NCBI GenBank assembly: GCA_020184695.1
Contig: JAANOX010000087.1
Location: forward strand, 186,001 to 250,000
DNA length: 64,000 bases
Source of the DNA: Histomonas meleagridis 2922-C6/04-290x
Taxonomy: Eukaryota; Protista; Parabasalia
Direction of reading: 5' to 3'
The translations under genes and the position numbers were made by a program. Under the pieces are notes generated by a model. The model searched no databases and was not told where the DNA came from. It saw only the letters and a program-made list of their open reading frames with translations. Of this stretch, positions 33,901-42,563 are shown in pieces. The stretch's first letter is position 1, and each line of letters starts with the position of its first letter.

Positions 33901-35203
33901 AACATCCAGATGCTTCAGTAAGTGCTGTATCAAATAAATTAAATAATTTCCAAATATTATTTTGAAGCATTAAATTATTAAAATAAATTTTATATAAAAT
34001 AAATAAATATCTTTAATATTAACATCAATTCCTTCTTTCTCAAGAAGTAATTTAACCATTTCTGTGTTTCCTTTTACAGTAGCTTTTATAAGTGCTGTTT
34101 GAAATAATTTAAATAATTTCCAAATATTGTGTTGAAATATTCCGAAATTATTAATATAAATTTTATATATAATAAATAAATATCTTTAATATTAACATCA
34201 ATTCCTTCATATTTAAGAATTAATTTAAATATTTCCAAATCATTTTTTTCAATTACAATCATAAGTACTGTAAAAAATATTTTTAATAATTTCCAAATAT
34301 TATTTTAAAATTTCAAATTATTGAAACAAATTTTAAATAAACCATAAAAATATTTTTAGTGTTAATATCAATTCCTTTTAGTTCAAGAATGTATTTAATC
34401 ATATCTGTATAATTATTTTGAATTGCAATGAAAAGAATAGTTTGAAATATTTTAAACAATTTTCAAATATTTCAAATAATTTTTAAATATATAAAATAAA
34501 CTCGATATAGAGTAAATAAATATAATCTTTATCATTTATATCAATACCCTTTTCTATAAATAGTTTTACTATTTCTAAATTATTATTTTGAGCTGCATAC
34601 ATAATTGGTGTTACAAATCATTTAAACAAATTTCAAGTTTTCTTTTGAAACATCGTATCAAAGAAACGAACATAAAATACTCAAAATATATATCACATGA
34701 ATACATGTCAATTTTTTCTTGATCAAGAAGTAATTTGGCAATTTCTAAGTTACCTTTCATAGCAGCATATGTAAGTGCTGAATAAAAACCATTTAATAAT
34801 CACCAAATATTATAAAAAAACATAATATTAATTTAACAAATTTCTTATAAATAAATTAAACATCTTTTACATTAATATCAATTCCTTTTTGTTCAACAAG
34901 TAATTTAACTATATCAACATATTCACAAGCTGCAGCAATAGTAAGTGCTGGATTAAATATTTTATATAATTTCTAAATATGAAATATGAAACGTCAAATT
35001 ATTAAAATAAATATTTTATAGAATAAAATTAACACCTCGAGCATTTATATTAATACATTCTTGATCAAGAAGCATTTTAACAATTTCGATTTGACCTTGT
35101 GAAACTGCATAAATAAGTGTTGTATTAAATTATTTGAACAAATTCGAAAAATTAATATTTAATCCAAAACTATGAAAATAAACATAAAATAAAACAAATA
35201 AAT
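30915..35203 (-). repeat. Tandem array with ~170-bp period (90-nt ankyrin exon plus ~80-nt spacer), 25 units
   Basis: Hand-mapped units, e.g. 35034-35123, 34862-34951, 33839-33928, 31431-31520, 31261-31350, 31091-31180. Confidence 0.95.
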
Positions 35204-36241
35204 ATCTTTATAATTAAGACCAAGTTCATTATTTTCAAGTAAAAAACTTAAAAGATCAATATTTAATACTTGGCAATCAGCAAATAAAAAAGTTGTCATG
35301 ATTTTAATATTATATGATATGATTTTCTTTTCAAATATATAATGAAATATATCATTTTGATAATATTCATATGCTGCTTCATATGCACCTTCAAATGTTG
35401 AATGTTTTTCTTCACATAAATGAATGATTTCAATGTTTCCTCCTGCAACAGCATATTTACCGGTGCTTGTTACATTAGCATCATTCATAAGTAAAAACTT
35501 AAAACAATTAATTGACCCAAAGAATGCTGCATAATCAATTAATGAAGCCCATTTATTAACAAATGAATATCGTTCATAAATTGATGGTTCAATCTTTTGA
35601 TTAAAATCAAAGTTTGGTTGTGATGAAATTTCTTGAAGTTTAGTAATTTCATCATTTCGAATGATGTTAGCAATCTCTGAAGGATTAACTCCTTCTTTAA
35701 CATATTTCTTATGAAGTTCCCAATTATTCTTCGAAAGTTCTTCATAGTTTTTATTGAAATAATCTGGAAATGCTCCTTTTTGATTTCTTAATTCTTTAAT
35801 CATATCATTCGATATATATTGTGCAAAATAAAGTGAATAATAATCTTTAACAAAATCAGTTGATATTAATTTTTCTTCGATCATTTTCTCGAGAAGAAAC
35901 TTAGATTCTTCTGTATATATATCATGAAGAAATTTCGCAAATGTATTAATCATATCATAACTACTTAGGTCGTTTTCTCTTTCTTTTTCTTCAATTTCCT
36001 TTACGATTCTAAAACAAAGAGTATAATCTTTATTACGTGAAAGAAAATATGAATATATAAGTCGACTGACAGAAAGATTAAAGTTAAGTGGATAGTATTC
36101 AATAAGATTTAATAATGTATTAATAGACTCATCGATATTATCTTCATTTATTTCAAGGATTATTGCTTCAATTGACTGATATATTTGCGCCCATTTAAAA
36201 GAAAAAATTGGTTTGATTTCGGTGCTTTGTTCGTTGCCCAT
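30915..36241 (-). CDS. DUF3447-ankyrin gene: 346-aa head plus 25 ankyrin cassettes separated by non-canonical spacers (inferred single gene)
   Basis: The head from ATG 36241 (MGNEQS, N-myristoylation-like) carries WELHKKYVKEGVN...SLIDYAAFFGSINCFKFLL. The terminal cassette TAIKKAYIYGHKDIYNALLSIDGIEKYPNPK ends at TAA 30915-30917. Confidence 0.65.
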
Positions 36242-36719
36242 TTTTGAAGTGAAACGGTTGGCTTCGTTCAAATTGTATTGAAAAATATCGTTAACACAAT
36301 TTTGATGAAAAGTAATTGTGTGATTCAATAGGTGAAAAATTTGTGCAAAACTGTTATCTTTAACCTCATTGAAGAAGGATTTTTAAAGCATAAGGATCCT
36401 TATTCTTTAAACATTCAGTCAGCATTTCAAATTATATTCATTACTTTGATTTTGGCTTCATTAAACCAATGGGCAAACTCATCAAATGAATAAATAAAAA
36501 AAATAATTTTATTTATTATATCATATGAATATTGCTTTTTTTAGTGATGTTTTTTTGTGTTTTTCTTGAATTAAAAATAAGAAATTTAAAAATCTTTTTT
36601 TTTTTTCTTTTTTCTTTTTTGAATTTCGCACAAATCTTACATTCCGTTTGAAAAATGAATTCGGCTGAGTAATATGAGATGTTCAAACAGAAATTACTTA
36701 GAGGTTCTAGTTTTCAGTT

Positions 36720-39662
36720 ATGTTAATTCGAAGACACAACTTCACCGAAAAAGAAAAACTTCGTATCTTAAACAGCCTTGATCTGTTCGAGCTAATTAAT
36801 TGTGACCCAATCCCCAGAACTAGTACAGAATATGTAATAAGTATCGGAAAGATTAAAGCTACTGATCAGTATGTAAAAATGAAAAAGGCACTAAGCATGA
36901 GCGAATCTGTTTGTCTAATTAATGAATTCAAGATTTTATGTAAATTTGAATTTCCATCTGTCCAATCAGTTGTTGGTCTCTATCTTGGAAATATCTTTTA
37001 TGATACCACTTTAGTCACTCCACTTTATGAAAAAGGCACTTTACGCAATCTGATTCAAACAAATCCACCTGAATTTAATCTCACAGCAAAAATTAAAATC
37101 ATTATTGGGGTATCATTTGGAATGCGATATCTTCATGAAATAAATTTTATTCATTACAATCTTAAAGCTGACAACATATGTCTTGATCAAAATTTAAATC
37201 CTGTTATAACGGGCTTTGAAGTATCTAATGAGATTTTACCGCTGAATTCTCCCGAAATCCGAGCAAAAATTTTATCATATATGACACCTGAAGGTAATCG
37301 CGGTAAAGAATACACAAAAAAACCCAATGTATATTCATTTGGAATACTTATGTATGAAATCTTTACAGGCCTAAGACCTTATCAGGGGTTATCACCGCAA
37401 CAAATTCAAGAAAATTTGACTAATGGAATTCCTCCAGAAATGACACAACAAATACCACAAACTTATTCTGATATAATTCGTCAATGTATATCAAATGATC
37501 CAAATTATAGGCCGACATTTGAATATATCACTGAGAAAGTTATCAATTCATATTCACAAATGGATGTAGATAAAGAAACACTAGATGAATATAAAAACAA
37601 TTTATTACGTGTTTTTTCGAGTATTTTTCCAGCAACTAAAAAAGTAACTCCAACGCAATTGTTTAAATTTAATGGTATACCTTTTCCAGGAATAGAGCGA
37701 TTAGAAGTCCCAATAAAAATTAATAAATTTGAATCTGTTCTTAGAAAAGCTGAAAATAGACCAATTGCTTTAGTGATGCTTTTAAGTTCACTTCAAACAG
37801 AAAAAATGATATATTTAAAGACACTAACAGGAGATATAACCAACGAACAACAAACGGAAGGAGTTTTAATTTATGGTCCTTATATTGTATCTGATTTAAT
37901 TAATAGAATGAATGAAGATTATAATGAAATTAAAGGGAAATGTAATACACTTAATGTTGATCCTCAAACAGCAATATTTTTTATGGATTTACAATTGGTT
38001 GAGAATAATTTAGAAATTAAATCTGTTTTAGATAAAGTTAATACAATATTTACATCGATTTCTACAATTTGTTTTACTATATGTAGTACAAATATTAGTG
38101 TTAATAATATTAAACCAATTTTAACAAATATTAGACGTGCGCAACTTTTATCATCATGTTTATTATCAAAAGTTTATTTTCTTGTAAAAGAATTTCCTAT
38201 TTTCGATGAAAATGATGAAAATTTCAAAAATTTATCAAATGAATGGATGAGAGAACATAATATATCCAAACAGTTTTATTCATATGATTCAATACATTTA
38301 CTTCCACTTGGAAATTATGATTCAAATTTCAATTGTTATGTTAATACAGTGTATCAATCATTATATTATATTTTAAGTTCAATTGTTACAACTAATTATC
38401 AATTTGATCAACTTGTCGATTCATTAAAGAATAAAACATATGGATTATTCTCAGATATAAGTCTTACTTTTTTAAATGATATACCAGCATTTAGACATGA
38501 AATGATTCCTAACACTCTTAGTCCAGCTCGTAAGCATTGTTGTAATTGCTGCTTACTTTTAAATGATTTTATTATGAGTCATATTCAAAATAGGGAAAAT
38601 AATTTAAACAAAAATGAGACTTGTTTAATGCTAAAAAATTCTCTTAATACAGTTACAGGATATGCTTTACCATATATTATTGGTGAAGATGAAATACCTT
38701 TTTATGATTATGATCAATATTCATGTGAAATATTTAAGGATTTACAGTCATATGTAAAAATTAAATATCCTAAATGGGGAAAGTATCTAAAAGAAGCATA
38801 TTCACATGATGTATTTAGCTTGATATATCAAGGAGTTGTTAATGTGTTATCTGAATATTTTCAAGGTTTAAATGATATTTTACCACAAATTGATCTATTA
38901 GCTCCACAAGTATTCCAATATTTTTTTAAAGAACCACAAAAGAATAAAAATAACTTAGTTACAACCTTATACCCATATATTTGGGAAAGAAATATTGAAT
39001 ATATAAATCCAAAAATTTTGGATATGAATAATATCGAAGTAAATATTCCAAAAGGTGAAACATTATATATATTTTATGAACAACCGAACCATAATTCATA
39101 TTTATTATTTCAATCATTAACAGGTATAAAACTTCAACAAAATAATAAGTTACAACTTTTTCTTGCAAGAAATGTAAATGATTTGATGAATAGATTCGTG
39201 AGGCATAACCAAAAAGGATCAATGCTTTTTTTCTCTAAAAAAGTAAATTTTTTATATATAAAAAAGATAAATCAAAATAATATTTTAAGAATCGAAGAAA
39301 TTTGTGGTCAAAAAACAAAAGAAACAATTTTTATTACATCAATATTAGAAAATGAACAAATTCAAATAATTCCAAATAATATTAATTCATTAAATGTAAT
39401 GTTACTTTCAAATAATAATTTTTTGCGAAAAATAGTGAATAAAAAATCTTTTAAAGAAGAAATGTATCATGTTAATAAGCAACAAAATATTGAAAATGAT
39501 AATGAAATAAAATACTTACCAATTCACGCTAAAAATTATAACTTTGAAAATAATGGGCCAAAGTGTGTAGCTTCAATTAAATATGCGTGTAGATATTTGT
39601 TAAAGGATTCAAAATTAATTCCGACTGAAGAAGAAATTCAAGAATATGAAAATAATCAATAA
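36720..39662 (+). CDS. Pseudokinase (TKL-like) fused to a degenerate GBP/atlastin-like region
   Basis: HYNLKADN replaces HRDLK, GFE replaces DFG, YMTPE and NVYSFG are present. The downstream region has QTEGVLIYGPY and IFFMD. Confidence 0.65.
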   Translation: MLIRRHNFTEKEKLRILNSLDLFELINCDPIPRTSTEYVISIGKIKATDQYVKMKKALSMSESVCLINEFKILCKFEFPSVQSVVGLYLGNIFYDTTLVTPLYEKGTLRNLIQTNPPEFNLTAKIKIIIGVSFGMRYLHEINFIHYNLKADNICLDQNLNPVITGFEVSNEILPLNSPEIRAKILSYMTPEGNRGKEYTKKPNVYSFGILMYEIFTGLRPYQGLSPQQIQENLTNGIPPEMTQQIPQTYSDIIRQCISNDPNYRPTFEYITEKVINSYSQMDVDKETLDEYKNNLLRVFSSIFPATKKVTPTQLFKFNGIPFPGIERLEVPIKINKFESVLRKAENRPIALVMLLSSLQTEKMIYLKTLTGDITNEQQTEGVLIYGPYIVSDLINRMNEDYNEIKGKCNTLNVDPQTAIFFMDLQLVENNLEIKSVLDKVNTIFTSISTICFTICSTNISVNNIKPILTNIRRAQLLSSCLLSKVYFLVKEFPIFDENDENFKNLSNEWMREHNISKQFYSYDSIHLLPLGNYDSNFNCYVNTVYQSLYYILSSIVTTNYQFDQLVDSLKNKTYGLFSDISLTFLNDIPAFRHEMIPNTLSPARKHCCNCCLLLNDFIMSHIQNRENNLNKNETCLMLKNSLNTVTGYALPYIIGEDEIPFYDYDQYSCEIFKDLQSYVKIKYPKWGKYLKEAYSHDVFSLIYQGVVNVLSEYFQGLNDILPQIDLLAPQVFQYFFKEPQKNKNNLVTTLYPYIWERNIEYINPKILDMNNIEVNIPKGETLYIFYEQPNHNSYLLFQSLTGIKLQQNNKLQLFLARNVNDLMNRFVRHNQKGSMLFFSKKVNFLYIKKINQNNILRIEEICGQKTKETIFITSILENEQIQIIPNNINSLNVMLLSNNNFLRKIVNKKSFKEEMYHVNKQQNIENDNEIKYLPIHAKNYNFENNGPKCVASIKYACRYLLKDSKLIPTEEEIQEYENNQ

Positions 39663-39767
39663 ACAATAAATATAAGATAAAAATATTTTCTTTATGAGTG
39701 AAAAAAATATTTTCTTCAGGAAAATATTGTGGAGAACGTTAATGTTAACGGGCGCTTGACATATTCA

Positions 39768-40202
39768 ATGCAAATAGAAAGCCTTTTCATAATTAGTCCA
39801 GAAAAAGAAATCCTATTTTGTTGCCACTGTTTGCCAGATTCTAAAAATTGGAATGAATATCAAACTCGGCTGGTTAAACTTATTCCAAATTTGGGCGAAA
39901 ATTGTCTTCCCTTCATGTTATTTGATGACATTGTTGTGGGTTTTGGATTTATTGGTAAAATATATATCATTATCACAGCACCTCTCACATCGAATTTTAT
40001 TGTTGATTCACTTATGGATTTAGGAATCAGACAAATTAAAAAAATTATTGGTTTTATTTGCAAGGATGACGTAACTCCAGCGAAACTAATGGAGAGGAAC
40101 CATTACATACAGCTTCAAATTCTATTGCAACACGAAATTTCTGCTAAAGGACACATGAGATTAACACCCAGTGATGAATTTGAGAGTTTAGCTTCTTTCT
40201 AA
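39768..40202 (+). CDS. Longin-fold small protein resembling an adaptor sigma/zeta-COP subunit
   Basis: MQIESLFIISPEKEILF start, IYIIITA strand, NHYIQLQILLQHEISAKG C-terminal helix. Confidence 0.5.
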   Translation: MQIESLFIISPEKEILFCCHCLPDSKNWNEYQTRLVKLIPNLGENCLPFMLFDDIVVGFGFIGKIYIIITAPLTSNFIVDSLMDLGIRQIKKIIGFICKDDVTPAKLMERNHYIQLQILLQHEISAKGHMRLTPSDEFESLASF

Positions 40203-40562
40203 TATAACTAAATAAATCGCCATTTTGTATGGAATACTTCTATTTTGAATAAAAACATCATCAATTATTTATTGAAAAAAATGTGAGACAATTGGGAGTT
40301 ATGGACTTTAAAATTACAGGAACTTCATTTATGCTTATTCAGTGAGTTGTGAATCATATTTTTGCACATTAAATTAATAATTAGTTTTCTTCTTCAAATA
40401 AGCTGATCATTAAAAAAGCAAAGCACCACAACTAGTTCCTAGACAAATTTTAATTATATAACCATTCGGGAATATATTATCTAGTGTAAGATTTTTATTA
40501 AAATTTGCCTTTTTGTTCTTAACGTCTCTAGGGCACCTTTAATTCAAGATTTTAATGGAAAG

Positions 40563-42161
40563 ATGAATCAAAAAACAGTAAATTGGCATTTATCAGATAT
40601 AGAGCAAGTTGACCTTTTCCAGCTTGGACCAATCAAGGTGAATTCATTATATTTTTATATTCAATTTCGAAAATTTCCAAAACAGAAAATTTTTTGTTTT
40701 AACATATACCTACGAAACCCTCCTGATGAATGTGTTACTGTAAGTGTTAAATTAAGTTTTCGTGGTGAATATAAAATAATTACAGAAGAAAAAAAAATGA
40801 AATTTTACTCAGTTTGTAATAGCGATTGCATCTATCCAAGAATTTCTCCTCAAAAATTTCTTTCGTGTTTTAAAAAAGGAAGTCTTGATCTAACATTTAC
40901 TTTTTCATTACACTCAAACACACAAAGTCTTTCAAATAGCAATTTCTCACCGCCCGGTGTTCTTGTTAATACGTCCAGTTTATCCAACAAACACAACGAC
41001 ACCTCCAAAATCCTAAATACCCCCGATCATATCAATGAAGATGAATCATGTAGTAAAATTTTTCCAACACACCAATCATTTCCACCAATTAGAGAAAAAA
41101 ATTTCAAACAAAGCACTTATGTTGGTCTTCAAAATCAAGGATCTACATGTTATCTTAACAGTATTCTTCAATATCTTTTTCATATTCCTCTTTTTCGTAA
41201 AATGATTTATTTAATTCCAACAGAAAATGTAGCTGATAAACAAAAATCAGTTATATTAAACATTCAATCACTTTTTTATGAAATGCAAACAAATGATCAC
41301 ACATGTAAAACTCAACTTTTAACTAATTCCCTTGGAATGAGTCCAAGAGATGTATGTGTTCAACATGATTTCCAGGAATATCTTAATTATTTAATCGATA
41401 AAATTGAAGAAACATCAAATAACGACCGTTTAAAAAACGATATTCATCGACTTTTTCATGGGAAAAACGTTCAGAAAATTCAATGCGAAAGTGCAGGAAT
41501 TGAAATCGAACCAACTTATGAAGAATTTTTTAATGTTATCTTAAATGTCAAAGGGATAGATTCACTTGAAGACTCAGTCCGTAAGTTGGTCACGCCATCT
41601 AAATTAAAAGCTTATGACACAGGCTATGGGAAATTTGATGGCATCATTACAACAAAATTTTTAACATTGCCAATAATTTTGCAGATGCATTTGCGAAGGT
41701 TTGAGTTTGATCCAATATTAAAAGTCCAAAAGAAGATCAATGACAAATTTACATTTCCGAAATACATTAATTTAGGAAATTATTTTGATCAAAAAGTCTC
41801 GAAACAATTATCAGAATATGAACTATATGCAGTGATAGTACATGTGGGAAGTCATAGTACATCTGGACATTATTTTGTTTATCTTAGACCAATGCTAAAA
41901 GATGATTGGTATGTGTTCAATGACTCATTTGTTGATAAAGTAACTGAACGAAAAGCAATGGACGAAAACTTCGGCGAAAAAAACACTTTTTTGATGAATA
42001 ATTATTCGGAAGAAATACCGCAGACTGCTTACGTATTATCTTATGTAAGAAAAGATAAAGTTGCCGAAATATTTCAAAAGGTGCCAAATGAAATTGTGCC
42101 AAAAAATGTGGTGAAATATAATACGGAAATGAAAAACAAAGAGAAATCATTTGATTTTTAG
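40563..42161 (+). CDS. Ubiquitin-specific protease (C19), USP7-like with a MATH-like N-terminus and no C-terminal UBLs
   Basis: Cys box VGLQNQGSTCYLNSILQ, QHDFQE, His box YELYAVIVHVGSHSTSGHY, WYVFNDS. Confidence 0.9.
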   Translation: MNQKTVNWHLSDIEQVDLFQLGPIKVNSLYFYIQFRKFPKQKIFCFNIYLRNPPDECVTVSVKLSFRGEYKIITEEKKMKFYSVCNSDCIYPRISPQKFLSCFKKGSLDLTFTFSLHSNTQSLSNSNFSPPGVLVNTSSLSNKHNDTSKILNTPDHINEDESCSKIFPTHQSFPPIREKNFKQSTYVGLQNQGSTCYLNSILQYLFHIPLFRKMIYLIPTENVADKQKSVILNIQSLFYEMQTNDHTCKTQLLTNSLGMSPRDVCVQHDFQEYLNYLIDKIEETSNNDRLKNDIHRLFHGKNVQKIQCESAGIEIEPTYEEFFNVILNVKGIDSLEDSVRKLVTPSKLKAYDTGYGKFDGIITTKFLTLPIILQMHLRRFEFDPILKVQKKINDKFTFPKYINLGNYFDQKVSKQLSEYELYAVIVHVGSHSTSGHYFVYLRPMLKDDWYVFNDSFVDKVTERKAMDENFGEKNTFLMNNYSEEIPQTAYVLSYVRKDKVAEIFQKVPNEIVPKNVVKYNTEMKNKEKSFDF

Positions 42162-42563
42162 TAATGTTTGTAATTAAATAAAATATGTAAATATGTTTTT
42201 TATATTATTATTTTAAAGTGATAGACAATTGTTTACATATTTAAAATTGATATTTTTTTAAAAAATATGTAATCAAATAGAAATGATACACAATTTATTA
42301 GTGTAAATAATAATTTCAGGCTTTCATAAAATTATTACTGATTTCTTTGGTTTGAATTAAATCTAATATTACGAATGTGAAGTGTCTGGCATTCCCATAA
42401 TTAATCATTAACTACTAAACAATCGTTTATTATTTGGTAACCAGCCAATTTCCCAGGTGCAATTTTGTAGAACAACTTAGCGAAAATATTTTTAGGGAAA
42501 AAGTGCCTAAATTGAAAACCCGTTTTTAAAAATATATTTTTTTGATTCAGAACTCTTCGGTAC

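Noticed and set aside
30915-35203. CRISPR-like repeat-spacer array
   Set aside because: The variable parts are 90-nt ankyrin codons, the constant parts are about 80 nt and degenerate, there are no cas genes, and the context is eukaryotic.
31011-35203. Random sequencing indels or an alternative genetic code as the cause of the breaks
   Set aside because: Breaks are periodic and position-specific, while multi-kb neighbouring ORFs are intact and end in standard stops. Stop reassignment would not fix the frame changes.
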